A DNA stretch of 64,000 bases from Planctomycetota bacterium (GCA_044375105.1 JBILNK010000001.1:2651-66650), one strand, 5' to 3'. Numbered from the stretch's first letter, positions 18,495-30,303 are shown. Numbers and translations are program-made. The notes: a model not told the origin generated them from the letters alone.

Positions 18495-21293
18495 ATGCGA
18501 ATCGCCGCCCTGCTGCTTGCCCTGTGCCCGCCCCCGCCCCAGCTGCCCGGCCCCGGGGCGGTGCCGAGCCCGACGCCCGACCAAGGCGCCGCTGCCCCCG
18601 CTCAGGCGAGCGAGGCCGAGCGGGCGCGCGACTTCGAGCCCGGCCTGACCCTGCGGGTGTTCTCGAGCGCCGAGGCGCTCGAGCGCGTGCTCGCGCCGCT
18701 GCCGGACCAAAGTCCCAACCTGGACGAGCTCCGTCCGGCGATCGATCTGTCGGGCCCCGAGGATTTCGGCGGCTTCGAGCAGCGCTTCGTCGCCGAGGTG
18801 TTGTGCGCCCTGTGGCTCGAAGTGCCCGGTGTGCACGCCTTCCGGATCACCAGCGACGACGGCTCCTATCTCGAGATCGACGGACGCCAGGTGCTGCTGC
18901 ACGATGGCGAACACGCCGCCAGCTCCAAGGAATGCGAGCTCGAGCTGGCGGCCGGCCTGCATCGGTTGCGCCTCTTGATGTTCCAAAACCAGGGCGAATC
19001 CCGGCTGGCCCTCGAATGGCGGCCTCCGGGTCGCGCGGATTTCGAGCTGCTGTCCGCGCCCGCGGCCTGGACCGAGCGCGGTGTGACGCGCGTGGTCGCT
19101 CCGGGCCCCAAGCTGTTCGCCGAAGCGCTCGGCGATCGCCGCCCCGGCGACGGCCTGCCGCTCGCCGGCTGCCACCCGGGCTGGCGCGTGGAGCGGCTGC
19201 GCCCCGAGGGCTTCGAGCCCAAGGTCGGGGCCCTGGGCTGGCTGCCCGACGGCCGGCTGGGGGTCGCCACCTTCGATCCCAAGAACAACGGCGAGCGCCT
19301 CGCGGCCCCCAACGGCACCCTCTGGGCGCTCTCGAACCTTTCGGCCGAGGATCCGCGCGAGATCCAGGTGGAGGCCGTGGCCGAGGGCCTCTATCACCCC
19401 CTGGGCCTGCTGACCGTCGATGGCCGCTTGTTGGTCGCCGAGCGCGACCAGATCAGCCGGCTCGAAGACCGAGACGGCGACGGATTCTACGAGCATCGCG
19501 AGCGCTTCGCCGGCGGCTGGGTCAGCGACAATTATCACCATTTCACTTTCGGGCTCGAGCGCGTGGGAAACCGCCTCTACAGCGCCCTTTCGACTTCGAT
19601 CGGCGCCGCCTCGAAGGTGCGGGCCGGGGTCCTGCGCGGCATCAACGGCCCGAACCCGCCGCTGCGCGGCTGCCTGCTCGAGATCGACCTGGCCCCCGAT
19701 CTCGCTGCGGACCAGCGCCTGCGCGCCCTGTGCGGAGGCTTCCGCACGCCCAACGGCCTGCTGGCCTTCCCCGACGGAACCGCGCTGGTGGCGGACAACC
19801 AGGGCGCCTGGAAACCCGCCAGCCGGATCGACCATGCCCGCCCGGGGCACTTCTTCGGCCACTACAACGAAACCCGCGTGCTGACCGAGGAGTACCCCGC
19901 GGGCGGCGAGCCGGCCCTGTTCTCGGAGCGGCCCGAGACGCCGCCGGCGATCTGGCTGCCCCAGGGCGAAATCGCCAATTCCCCGAGCGGCATGGTTTGG
20001 ATGCCGGCGGGCCCCTTCGACGGGCAGTTCCTGTTCGGGGAGCTCAAACTGGGCGGCATCCGGCGGGCCTTCCTCGAGGAGGTCGAGGGTCAGTTCCAGG
20101 GCGGCGCCCTGCGCTTCACCCAAGGGCTCGAAGGCGGCGTCAACCGCCTGCTGTGGGCAACGGATGGCAGCTTGATCGTCGGCATGACCGGCGAATCGGC
20201 CAGCTGGAGCTGGCGCGGCACGACCTTCGGCCTGCAGCGCCTGGTGCCGACCGGCGGGGGTGCCTTCGAGATCCTGCGGGTCGGCGCGACGCCGCGGGGT
20301 CTGCGGATCGACTTCACCGAGGCGCCCACGGCGGCCCAGCTGGCCGATCCCGAGCGCTATCGCGTGCGCTCGTGGCGCTATCGCGCCAGCCCGGAATACG
20401 GCGGCGACAAGCTCGACGAGCGCGGCCATCGGGTCCTGGCCGCGCACCCCGATGCGGACGGATTCGGCGTCGAACTCGAGCTGGAGGGCCTGGCCGAGGG
20501 CACCTGCGTGCACCTGCGCGCGGACCTCGCCAGCCAGCGCGGCGAAGCGCTGTGGAGCACGGAATGCTGGTACACCCTGAACCGCATCCCGGGTCGCCCG
20601 CGGCCGGTGGCGCCGCCGCCCCAGGAGCGCGGCGTGTTGGTGTTCAGCAAGACCGCCGGCTTCCGGCACGATTCGATCGAAGCGGGCGTCCAGTGCCTGC
20701 GCGAGCTCTGCGGAGAGCTCGGCCTAGACTGCGAGGCCAGCGAAGACGCCGACCTCTTCGACGACGCCGACCTGCAGCGCTTCCGCCTGGTCGTGTTCCT
20801 CTCGACCACCGGCGACGTGCTCGATCTGCGTCAGGAAGCGGCCCTCGAGCGCTTCATCCGCGCGGGCGGCGGCTTCTTCGGCATCCACGCCGCGGCCGAC
20901 ACCGAATACGATTGGCCCTTCTATCGCGAGCTGGTCGGGGCCCAGTTCGCCTCCCATCCGGCGATCCAGCGCGCGCGCCTGCGACGCGGCGGCGGCGCCC
21001 ATCCGGCCATCCGCGCCCTGCCCGAGTCCTTCGAGCGCGAGGACGAGTGGTACGACTTCCGCGCCCTGCCGGCCCCCGAGTTCGAGCGCTTGCTCGAGCT
21101 CGACGAGAGCTCCTACCAGGGCGGCACCACGGCGGCGCGCTTCGGCAGCCACCCGATCGCCTGGTGTCGCACCCTGGGCTCCGCCCGCCTGCTCTACACC
21201 GGGGGCGGGCACACCCGCGAGTCGTTCTCCGAGCCGCTCTTCCGTGCCCACCTGCTCGGCGCGCTGGCCTGGGTTGCGCGCTGCAGCGATTGA
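18495..21293 (+). CDS. secreted PA14 / dehydrogenase-type beta-propeller / ThuA three-domain fusion protein
   Basis: PA14-like block FVAEVLCALWLEVPGVHAFRITSDDGSYLEIDGRQV...LHRLRLLMFQNQGESRLALEW. Central region GWLPDGRLGVATFD, LYHPLGLLTVDGRLLVAE, DRDGDGFYE. C-terminal ThuA blocks VLVFSKTAGFRHDSI, VVFLSTTGD, GGGFFGIHAA, EWYDF, HPIAWC, YTGGGH. Confidence 0.85.
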   Translation: MRIAALLLALCPPPPQLPGPGAVPSPTPDQGAAAPAQASEAERARDFEPGLTLRVFSSAEALERVLAPLPDQSPNLDELRPAIDLSGPEDFGGFEQRFVAEVLCALWLEVPGVHAFRITSDDGSYLEIDGRQVLLHDGEHAASSKECELELAAGLHRLRLLMFQNQGESRLALEWRPPGRADFELLSAPAAWTERGVTRVVAPGPKLFAEALGDRRPGDGLPLAGCHPGWRVERLRPEGFEPKVGALGWLPDGRLGVATFDPKNNGERLAAPNGTLWALSNLSAEDPREIQVEAVAEGLYHPLGLLTVDGRLLVAERDQISRLEDRDGDGFYEHRERFAGGWVSDNYHHFTFGLERVGNRLYSALSTSIGAASKVRAGVLRGINGPNPPLRGCLLEIDLAPDLAADQRLRALCGGFRTPNGLLAFPDGTALVADNQGAWKPASRIDHARPGHFFGHYNETRVLTEEYPAGGEPALFSERPETPPAIWLPQGEIANSPSGMVWMPAGPFDGQFLFGELKLGGIRRAFLEEVEGQFQGGALRFTQGLEGGVNRLLWATDGSLIVGMTGESASWSWRGTTFGLQRLVPTGGGAFEILRVGATPRGLRIDFTEAPTAAQLADPERYRVRSWRYRASPEYGGDKLDERGHRVLAAHPDADGFGVELELEGLAEGTCVHLRADLASQRGEALWSTECWYTLNRIPGRPRPVAPPPQERGVLVFSKTAGFRHDSIEAGVQCLRELCGELGLDCEASEDADLFDDADLQRFRLVVFLSTTGDVLDLRQEAALERFIRAGGGFFGIHAAADTEYDWPFYRELVGAQFASHPAIQRARLRRGGGAHPAIRALPESFEREDEWYDFRALPAPEFERLLELDESSYQGGTTAARFGSHPIAWCRTLGSARLLYTGGGHTRESFSEPLFRAHLLGALAWVARCSD

Positions 21294-21743
21294 GCCCGGC
21301 GCCGGAATCGCCCAGGGGCCGCGGCCGCCCGAAAGGCCGATGCCCGGTCGCTTTGGATCCGGCCGCCCCGCCGGGGCGCCGGTCGATCGGATCGGCGGGC
21401 AGGCCCGCAGGAACACCCCGGCGAACGGCCCGCGAAACGGCCCCCCGGACCAGCGGGTATCCGTGGTCTGCGGCAGGGGCGGCCAGCATCCCAGGCCAAA
21501 GATCGTGGCCGCACGCCGCCGCGCCGGCCGGTCCTCGAGCGTCCACGGCACTGCGCTCGCTGCCCGGCCGAAGCCCGGCGTATCCGGATCGGGATGCCCG
21601 ACTCGCGGGCTGCCGTGCCTGTCGCCGCGCAGCGCCTGCTGCAGAGCTCGCGGCCTCCGCCCCGAGAGCGCCTTAGGGGCCGGCCGGGCAGGCTGCTAGG
21701 CTCTGCGCGCCGCTGCCCGCCCCCCCTTCGAACGAAGCTCCCC

Positions 21744-23111
<1,368 letters not shown>

Positions 23112-23314
23112 GCGAGGCCGCGACCAAGCCTCTGGCCCCGACGGGGCCAGGCCCCCCGGTCAGACGCCCTTCAGCCCACCAGCCGCCCAGGCGATCCCCC
23201 GATTTCGACTCCGCCCTCTGGGCCCCTCTCTAGGGGCACCGCTCCCAGAGAACCGCCCGAAAGCGTGCTCCCCACGCGCGCCGCGCCGCCCGAACACACG
23301 CCCCGCCCCCGCCC

Positions 23315-25042
23315 ATGGCCAAGGTCCCCCTCGCCCCGATCGGCACGCCGCTCGAGCGCCTGCTCGACGCCCCCACCATCGCCAAACACGAAGGCGCCGC
23401 CGAGCAGCGCAACACCGAGCTGCTGGCCCGGCGCCAGAAGGTGCAGCAGGGCTGGGGCGAAACCTACGCCGAGCGCGTGCGCCAAAAAGGCAAGCTGACC
23501 GTGCGCGAACGCCTCGAGCGGCTCAAGGACAGCGGCAGCGAGCTGTTCGAGGTCGGCACCTTCGTCAATTACGGTCGCCTGTTCGGCAAGCTCGAGAGCC
23601 CGGCCGCGGGGGTCGCCACGGTGTTCGCCAAGGTGGCCGGCCGCTGGTGCATGGTGATCGCCAACGACAACACGGTCGCCTCCGGCTCCTGGTGGCCGCG
23701 CACCCCCGAAAAGATCGAGCGCGCCCAGGAGATGGCCAAACGCTTGGCGCTGCCGGTGATCTACCTGGTCGATTGCTCGGGCCTGTACCTGCCCGAGCAG
23801 TCCCTGTCCTTCCCGGGCCTCTACGGCGCCGGGCACATCTTCAAGCAGAACAGCGAGCTGGCCGACGCCGGCGTGCCCCAGATCGCAGGCGTTTTCGGCG
23901 ATTGCATCGCGGGAGGCGGCTACATGCCGATCATCTCCGATCGGGTGGTGATGACCGAGCAGGCCTACATGGTCATCGCGGGCGCGGCGCTGATCAAGGG
24001 CGCCAAGAGCCAGAAGCTCTCCTCCCTCGACATCGGCGGTCCCGAGGTGCACGTGCACCTGTCGGGCTGCGCGGACGCGCGCGTGCCCGACGACCAGACC
24101 GCCCTGGATTGGATCCGCGCCGAAGTCCAGCGCCTGCCGACGCCCGGCTTCGACTTCTATCGCCATGGCGCACAGCCTGCGCCTCCCGAGTTCGCGCCCA
24201 GCGAGCTGATGGCCCTGTTCCCGCCGGACCATCGCATGGGCTATGACGCCCGCGAGGTGCTGGCGCGCCTGGTGGATCACAGCCTGTTCTGGGAGCTGCT
24301 GCCCGACCGCGGCCGCGAAATGATCGTCGGCATCGGACGCGTCTCGGGGCTCTACATGGGCTTCGTGATCAACGCCCAGGGCCTGATCGACGACGCCGAC
24401 CACCACGGCCAGAAGAAGCCCGCCGGGATCCTGTATCGCGACGGGATCGCCAAGGTCTCGGCCTTCAGCCGGGCCTGCGATCAGGACGGCATCCCGCTGG
24501 TCTGGCTGCAGGACATCTCCGGTTTCGACATCGGCATCGAAGCGGAACGCCAGGGGCTCCTGGGCTACGGCTCCTCGCTGATCTACACCAACAGCACCAA
24601 CCAGGTGCCGATGTTCACGGTGCTGCTGCGCAAGGCCAGCGGCGCCGGCTATTACGCCATGGCGGGCCTGCCCTACGAGCCGGTGGTGCAGCTCTCCACC
24701 ACGCTGACGCGCCAGTCGGTGATGGAGGGCCGCACCCTGGCGATCGCGGCCTTCAACACCAAACTGGACGACGACTTCGAGATCCTGAGCCAGGATCCCG
24801 CCGAGCGCGCCAAGATCGAGGCCGGCATGCGCGAGACCGAGGCGCGCATCGAGACCGACATGGACCCCTACAAGTCGGCCGCCCAGATGGACACGGACGA
24901 GATCGTGCGCTTCACCGAGCTGCGCAGCTGGCTCGAGCTGTTCGCCGAAGCCTCCTGGTCCCAGGTGGGCCATCGGCGCACCAAGAATCCGCGCATCTGG
25001 TCCCTGCACGACCTGGAAGCCTTGACCAAACCCCGCGGCTGA
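23315..25042 (+). CDS. acyl-CoA carboxylase carboxyltransferase (fused N+C halves; PccB/MccB/GcdA-like), substrate unknown
   Basis: Blocks [53 protein letters not shown] and, in the second half, [14 protein letters not shown]...[14 protein letters not shown]. Confidence 0.9.
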   Translation: MAKVPLAPIGTPLERLLDAPTIAKHEGAAEQRNTELLARRQKVQQGWGETYAERVRQKGKLTVRERLERLKDSGSELFEVGTFVNYGRLFGKLESPAAGVATVFAKVAGRWCMVIANDNTVASGSWWPRTPEKIERAQEMAKRLALPVIYLVDCSGLYLPEQSLSFPGLYGAGHIFKQNSELADAGVPQIAGVFGDCIAGGGYMPIISDRVVMTEQAYMVIAGAALIKGAKSQKLSSLDIGGPEVHVHLSGCADARVPDDQTALDWIRAEVQRLPTPGFDFYRHGAQPAPPEFAPSELMALFPPDHRMGYDAREVLARLVDHSLFWELLPDRGREMIVGIGRVSGLYMGFVINAQGLIDDADHHGQKKPAGILYRDGIAKVSAFSRACDQDGIPLVWLQDISGFDIGIEAERQGLLGYGSSLIYTNSTNQVPMFTVLLRKASGAGYYAMAGLPYEPVVQLSTTLTRQSVMEGRTLAIAAFNTKLDDDFEILSQDPAERAKIEAGMRETEARIETDMDPYKSAAQMDTDEIVRFTELRSWLELFAEASWSQVGHRRTKNPRIWSLHDLEALTKPRG

Positions 25043-25046
25043 CCCC

Positions 25047-25625
25047 ATGGCATCCGAGCCCCTCGATCTGATCGTCCGGACGGAAGGCAGCCAGACGCTG
25101 CTGTGCTGTCCCTCCGTGGGCACGCTGACGCTGCTGCCGCGGTCCGGTACCCTGCTCACCGCCGGCCAGCTGGCCGGCCAGCTGACGACCCTCGGCCGGC
25201 AGCGGCCCCTGCGGGTCCCGGAGGGCATCGCGGGCCAGGTGCTGGGTCCCCTGCCGGCCATGACCGAAGCGCCCTTCGGCTACGGGCAGGTGGTGCTGCG
25301 CCTGGCGCCGCTCTCCGGCGAGCTGCAGGGGGCTGGGCCTGCCGCGGCGGCTGCCGAATCGGGCGCCGGCTTGTTCGTGCGCGCGCCCCACGCGGGCCGC
25401 TTCTGGCAGCGCGCCTCCCCCGGCGAAGCGCCGCTGGTGTCGGTCGGCGACGTGGTCGAGGCCGGTCGGGCCCTCGGCCTGATCGAGGTCATGAAGACCT
25501 TCGCCCAGGTCCACTACCGCCCGACCGGCAACCTGCCGCCGCGCGCCCGCGTCCGCCGCTTCCTGGTCTCCGACGGCGCCGAAATCGACGACCGCGCGGC
25601 CCTGATCGAAGTTGAGCCGGCCTGA
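25047..25625 (+). CDS. biotin carboxyl carrier protein with extra N-terminal biotinyl-like half
   Basis: Starts 4 nt after the carboxyltransferase stop. Biotinylation motif in GRALGLIEVMKTFAQV. Ala/Gly linker GAGPAAAAAESGAG separates it from an N-terminal ~95-aa beta-rich half. Confidence 0.8.
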   Translation: MASEPLDLIVRTEGSQTLLCCPSVGTLTLLPRSGTLLTAGQLAGQLTTLGRQRPLRVPEGIAGQVLGPLPAMTEAPFGYGQVVLRLAPLSGELQGAGPAAAAAESGAGLFVRAPHAGRFWQRASPGEAPLVSVGDVVEAGRALGLIEVMKTFAQVHYRPTGNLPPRARVRRFLVSDGAEIDDRAALIEVEPA

Positions 25626-25817
25626 CGGGCTGAGCCCCTCCGACCGGAATGTGACCGATCGACCGGGCTCAAAATCATCGACTCGGGCTGCGCCCGAGCG
25701 GTCTTGCCAGCCCGTCGGTTTGCCTTTGGGCCGCCCTTGGATGCGCGCCTTGGAGCGCGTGCGAAACGGCCGCTGCGGGGTCTCTCGAGGGGGCTGGCTG
25801 GTGACCGCGGCGATCGC

Positions 25818-27215
25818 TCACGTCCAGCGGCCCAGCTGGGCGCGCAGGCAGGCTTCGAGGCCCGGATCGCGGAAGCGGAAGCCGTGGTTTTGGAGGCGGG
25901 TGGGCGCGACGCGCACGCTGGCCAGCAGCGCTGCGTCGGCCATCTCGCCGAAAGCGAGCCGCAGGGCGAAGGCCGGGGCCGGCAGGAATGCGGGACGCCG
26001 CAGCACGGCGCCGAGCACGCGCATGAAGTCGGCCTGACGCACCGGCTCCGGGGCGACCACGTTGAAGGGCCCTTCGAGCCCCTGCGTGGCCAGACCGAAC
26101 AGCAGCGCGGCCGTGGCGTCCTCCAAGGAGACCCAGCTCCACCAGTGGCGGCCGGAGCCGAGCGGGCCGCCGAGGCCCAGGCGTGCGGCCGGCAGGGTCT
26201 TGGCCAGGGCGCCGCCGCGCGGCGAGAGGATCAGGCCGAAGCGCGGGTGCAGCACCCGCATGCCGGCGGCGCGGGCCGGATCGGCGGCCTGCTCCCAGCG
26301 GCCGGCCAGGTCGGCCAGGAAACCCGACCCGGGGCCGTGGCGCTCATCGACCTGCTCGTCGCCGCGCTCGCCGTAGAAGCCGATCGCGGAGGCGCTGATC
26401 AAGACCCGCGGCGGGCGCGCGAGCGCGGTCAGTGCCGCCACCAGCCGGCGCGTGCCCTCGACCCGCGAGCTCTCGATCGCCGCCCGCGCGCGCTTGGTCC
26501 AGCGCTGGGCGATCGGCTCGCCGGCCAGGTGCACGACCGCATCGAAATCCTCGAGGTCGGCCAGCCGCGCCGGGGCCCCGGCGCGCTCGAAGGCCAGCTC
26601 GTCTGGCCCGCGCGCGGCGCGCCGCACGGCGCGCACCAACCGATGCCCGCCGGTGCTGAGCAGCGCCGCCAGGTTCCGTCCCACCAGCCCCGAGGCGCCG
26701 GTGATCAGCACGCGCCAGGGCCCGGGGCGCTGCGCGGCCAGGCCGGGCTGGAGCGCGGCGTGCAGCGCGAGGTCCTGGGCGGTGATGCGGTGGCGCCAGC
26801 GGAACGCGGCCTCGAGCTTGCGGGCCACCAGGCCCGCGCCGAAGGTGGCGCCCAGCGCGCCCAGGGGCAGGCGGTAGCGGATGCTGTCGATCAAGCGCGA
26901 ACCGCCGCCGGGTGCTGATTCGAAGCGATGCGTGTGCTCCCACGCCGCGAAGGGGCCGCTCAGCATCACGTCCTGGAACTGCTGACCGGGAACGAAGCCG
27001 CGGTGCTCGGCCACCCAGCGCAAGGACAAGGGGCCGAAGGGCACCGCGATCGTCGCCCGATCCCCGTCGCGGATCCCGCCGGTCTGTTCGATCACCCGCG
27101 CGGGGTCGAAGGGCGGACAGAGCCGCTCAAAGGCGCCGGGGCGATCGTGCCAGGCGAACAGGGCGTCGCGGGAAACGCGCAGCTCGCTGACCTTTTGGAA
27201 GTGCTGTTCGCTCAC
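25818..27215 (-). CDS. SRPBCC (cyclase/dehydrase-like) domain fused to a YfcH/TIGR01777-type NAD-dependent epimerase-like domain
   Basis: Start set at in-frame GTG (VSEQHFQKVSELRV; residue 116 of ORF 25818..27560); ATG at 27299 is the alternative. Rossmann motif VLITGASGLVGRNL, FYGERGD, and the DUF1731-like C-terminus FRFRDPGLE. Confidence 0.75.
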   Translation of the reverse strand: MSEQHFQKVSELRVSRDALFAWHDRPGAFERLCPPFDPARVIEQTGGIRDGDRATIAVPFGPLSLRWVAEHRGFVPGQQFQDVMLSGPFAAWEHTHRFESAPGGGSRLIDSIRYRLPLGALGATFGAGLVARKLEAAFRWRHRITAQDLALHAALQPGLAAQRPGPWRVLITGASGLVGRNLAALLSTGGHRLVRAVRRAARGPDELAFERAGAPARLADLEDFDAVVHLAGEPIAQRWTKRARAAIESSRVEGTRRLVAALTALARPPRVLISASAIGFYGERGDEQVDERHGPGSGFLADLAGRWEQAADPARAAGMRVLHPRFGLILSPRGGALAKTLPAARLGLGGPLGSGRHWWSWVSLEDATAALLFGLATQGLEGPFNVVAPEPVRQADFMRVLGAVLRRPAFLPAPAFALRLAFGEMADAALLASVRVAPTRLQNHGFRFRDPGLEACLRAQLGRWT

Positions 27216-27472
27216 GGGTGCGTCTCGATCGGCGGGATTCGGGCAGCGTCGGGCGCAGAATGCGGAGCACCGCGGCTTTTGGTGCAGCGGGGGTCGCATC
27301 CGCCCCCCAGGGTAGGAGCGGAGACGGGGTGAGGGTCTCGCTCCTCTGAAGGCCGCTCGGCCCAGGCCCGCAGGCGGGCTCGGGACTGGTTTACGGCCAG
27401 GGCGCCGGCGGTCCAGGCTCGGCTGGCTGGCGCTCGCTCGGTGCGGGCGCCGGCGGCCGGGCCCGCGGCCCA

Positions 27473-28219
27473 TCAGGCTCGGCCGCGCAGGTTCGAGAGC
27501 CCGCCGTCCACGGGCAGCACCGCCCCGGTGATCCAGCCCTGGCCCGGGTCGAGCAGCCAAGCGATCGCCGCCGCCACCTCGTCCGCCTGGCCCAGGCGCC
27601 CCAGAGGGTGCATGCGCTCGCTGGCCTGGCGAGCGGCCGCGGCTTCGGTCCAGGGGCGCGCCAGGGGCGTGTCCACCAGGCCCGGGGCCACCGCGTTGAC
27701 GCGCACGCCGCGCGGGGCCAGGCTCGCCGCCCCGGCTCGCACCAGGCCCTCGACGCCGGCCTTGGCCGCGGCGATGGCCTCGTGGTTGGCGAGCCCGAAG
27801 CGCGCGGCCGCGGAGGACATCAGCACCACGGAGCCGCCCGCTTCCAGGGTCTTGGCCGCTTCGCGCAGGCAGTGGAAAGCGCTTTTCAGGTTCTGGTCGA
27901 TGACCGCCTGGAAGTCTTCATCGCTGGTGCGCGCCGCCGGTTTGAGCAGGATCGAGCCCACCGCGTTGACGGCGCCCGTCAAGGCGCCCAGGCTGGCGCG
28001 GGCGCGCTCGAACAGCGCGGCCACCTGGGCGCTGTCGCGCGCATCGCAGCTGGCGAAGGGCGCGCCGAGCTCCTGTGCCAAGGCGGCCAGGGGTTCCTCG
28101 CGGCGGGCCGCCAGGAACAGGGGACGTCCGGCGGCCTGCAGACGGCGCGCCAGGGCGCTGCCGATGCCGCCGCTGGCGCCGAGCACGAGCACGCCGCCTG
28201 GGTTCGAAGGAGAAGTCAT
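27473..28219 (-). CDS. short-chain dehydrogenase/reductase family protein (atypical active-site region)
   Basis: ORF 27473..28444 trimmed to Met76 (MTSPSNPGGV). Rossmann motif VLVLGASGGIGSALA, NAVG, MSSAAA, VNAVAPGLVDTP. The expected YxxxK reads IAAAK. Confidence 0.8.
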   Translation of the reverse strand: MTSPSNPGGVLVLGASGGIGSALARRLQAAGRPLFLAARREEPLAALAQELGAPFASCDARDSAQVAALFERARASLGALTGAVNAVGSILLKPAARTSDEDFQAVIDQNLKSAFHCLREAAKTLEAGGSVVLMSSAAARFGLANHEAIAAAKAGVEGLVRAGAASLAPRGVRVNAVAPGLVDTPLARPWTEAAAARQASERMHPLGRLGQADEVAAAIAWLLDPGQGWITGAVLPVDGGLSNLRGRA

Positions 28220-28542
28220 CGCAGAAGGTCGCGGAGAGGAAGGAGGTTGGGAGCGAGCTGGGCGGGCTGCGCCGCGGGGGCGCTCGAGGTCCGCCCCGTG
28301 TTGGTCGCGATTGCGGGCCGGGCGCTGCGGGTCGCCGCCGGGCGGGGCCGGGCCGACCGTCCGGGGGGCGGCCGCGGTCGGCGAGCTGGCCTGCAGGCGA
28401 GGGCGAGCATGCCACGGGCAGAAGGCGCGCAGCGCGCACCACATTGGTGCCTGCGATCGCCTCGAGAGACCCGGGCGAGGCCTTCAAATGGACTGCTAAT
28501 CTCTTTGGGGCCGAGCGCGGCCCGGCTCCAGTGCCCGAATCG

Positions 28543-29811
28543 ATGCTTCCCCCGCCGGCGCCCCTGCCGTGCCGCTTCCGCGCGCGCCCCGAGGACTTCG
28601 TGGTCGAGGAGCTGCCGGCCTTCGCGCCGAGCGGCGAGGGCCAGCACGCCTGGGTCTGGATCGAAAAGCTCGGACGCACCACCCCGGAGGTGGGCCAGCG
28701 CCTGGCCAAGTGGTGCGGGGTCGATGCGCGCGGGGTCGGCCATGCGGGCCTCAAGGATCGCCAGGCGCGCGCCCGCCAAGCGCTGACCCTGGACGGCGCG
28801 GACCCCGAGCGCCTGCGCGGCTTCGCCGAGCCCGGTCTCGCGGTGCTCGAAGTCGGCCGCACGCGCGCCAAGCTGCGCCCGGGCCAGAGCCGCGGCAACC
28901 GCTTCGAACTGTGCCTGCGAGGCCTTCACGGCGCCGACGCCGCCGAGCTCGGGCGACGCCTGGAGCTGGCCGCCGAGCGGGGCTTCGCCAACCGCTTCGG
29001 CCCCCAGCGCCTCGGCCCCGGGGAACGGCACGGGCACCTGGCCCTGGCCTGGCTGCGCGGCGATCTGCCCCTGGCGCTCGAGTGGCTCCTGGCGCGGCCC
29101 CAGAGCGGCGAGTTCGGCGCCCTGCGGGAAGCCCGTGAGCTGGCCGCTGCTGGGCAATTCCGGGAGGCCGCCGAGCGCTTCCCGCGCGAGTACGCCGCGG
29201 AAGCCCGTGCGGCGCGGGCACGGGCCGCCGACCCCGACCGGCCCCTGGCGGCGCTGATGAGCTTGCCCCCGCCCCAGCGGCGCCTGCTGCTCGAAGCCGG
29301 CCAGGCGCTGCTGTTCAACGACTGGCTGGACCGGCGCGGGCCGGACCTCGCGCGGCTGGTCGAAGGGGACGTCTGCCAGCGCACGGGCTCGCGCGGCCCC
29401 TTCCTGGCCCTGGAACTGGGCCGCGAACAGCCGCGCTCGACGGCCTTCGAGATCAGCGCCTGCGGGCCCCTGTTCGGCGCCGACCTGTTCCCCGCCAGCG
29501 CCGCCGCCCTGGAGCTCGAGCGCGAGCTGCTGGCCGCCCGCGGGCTCTCCTTCGAGGCCTTCGAGCGCGCGCCGGGGGCCTCGCTGGGAGGCGATCGCCG
29601 GCCCGGCCGCCTGCGGCCGGTCGCAGCCCGCCTGGGGCCGCCGGGCGAGGACGACCTGGGGCCGCGGCGCCTGCTGGCTTTCGAGCTGTCGCCGGGCGCC
29701 TTCGCCACCGCGCTGCTGGCGGAGCTGACCTGCGGCGCCGCGCTGGATCTGGGCGGCCGTGCGCAGGCCCAAGAATCCAAAGCCCCGGCGCCCCCGGAAT
29801 CCGCGCCGTAA
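28543..29811 (+). CDS. truD: tRNA pseudouridine(13) synthase TruD
   Basis: ORF 28075..29811 trimmed to Met157 (ATG 28543, MLPPPAPLPCRFRARPEDFVVEELP). Blocks GHAGLKDRQA (catalytic Asp) and NRFGPQRLG. Confidence 0.85.
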   Translation: MLPPPAPLPCRFRARPEDFVVEELPAFAPSGEGQHAWVWIEKLGRTTPEVGQRLAKWCGVDARGVGHAGLKDRQARARQALTLDGADPERLRGFAEPGLAVLEVGRTRAKLRPGQSRGNRFELCLRGLHGADAAELGRRLELAAERGFANRFGPQRLGPGERHGHLALAWLRGDLPLALEWLLARPQSGEFGALREARELAAAGQFREAAERFPREYAAEARAARARAADPDRPLAALMSLPPPQRRLLLEAGQALLFNDWLDRRGPDLARLVEGDVCQRTGSRGPFLALELGREQPRSTAFEISACGPLFGADLFPASAAALELERELLAARGLSFEAFERAPGASLGGDRRPGRLRPVAARLGPPGEDDLGPRRLLAFELSPGAFATALLAELTCGAALDLGGRAQAQESKAPAPPESAP

Positions 29812-29850
29812 GCCCTCGCTCCCCCACCTGCCCCCCCACCCAAGCCGCCC

Positions 29851-30258
29851 ATGAGCGTGGTCGCCATCGGACTCGACCTGTGCCAGATCGCGCGCGTCCA
29901 GGCGACGCTCGACCGCTACGGCGAGCACTTCATCGGGCGCGTTTTCACCGCCGCCGAGCAGCGCTATTGCGAGGCCCGCCCGCGCGCGCGCGCCAGCCAC
30001 TATGCCGGACGCTTCGCGGTCAAAGAGGCGATCATGAAGGTGCTCGGCACCGGCTGGCGGCAGGGCGTGCGCTTCGTGGACATCGAGGTGGTGCGGGCGC
30101 CCGGAGCGGCGCCCGAAGTGCGCCTCCACGGCCGTTCGGCGGAGCACGCCCGCGCGCGCGGAATCCAGCGCATCCTGATCACGATCACCCACGACGCGGG
30201 CACCGCCGCGGCGGTGGCGATCGGGGTCAGCGATGGGGCCCCCGAAACTCCCCGCTGA
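29851..30258 (+). CDS. acpS: holo-[acyl-carrier-protein] synthase
   Basis: Blocks IGLDLCQIARV, FTAAEQRYC, GRFAVKEAIMKVLG, ITITHDAGTAAAVAI. Starts 39 nt downstream of truD. Confidence 0.9.
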   Translation: MSVVAIGLDLCQIARVQATLDRYGEHFIGRVFTAAEQRYCEARPRARASHYAGRFAVKEAIMKVLGTGWRQGVRFVDIEVVRAPGAAPEVRLHGRSAEHARARGIQRILITITHDAGTAAAVAIGVSDGAPETPR

Positions 30259-30303
30259 GCCGCGGGCAGGCGACAGCCGGTCAGGCCCGCGAGCCCGCCG
30301 CGC

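Noticed and set aside
17831-21676. 1281-aa plus-strand ORF
   Set aside because: It is out of frame with the PA14-propeller-ThuA gene on the same strand and antisense to the HEAT-like gene. Its product is Arg/Pro/Ala/Gly-rich junk with no motif.
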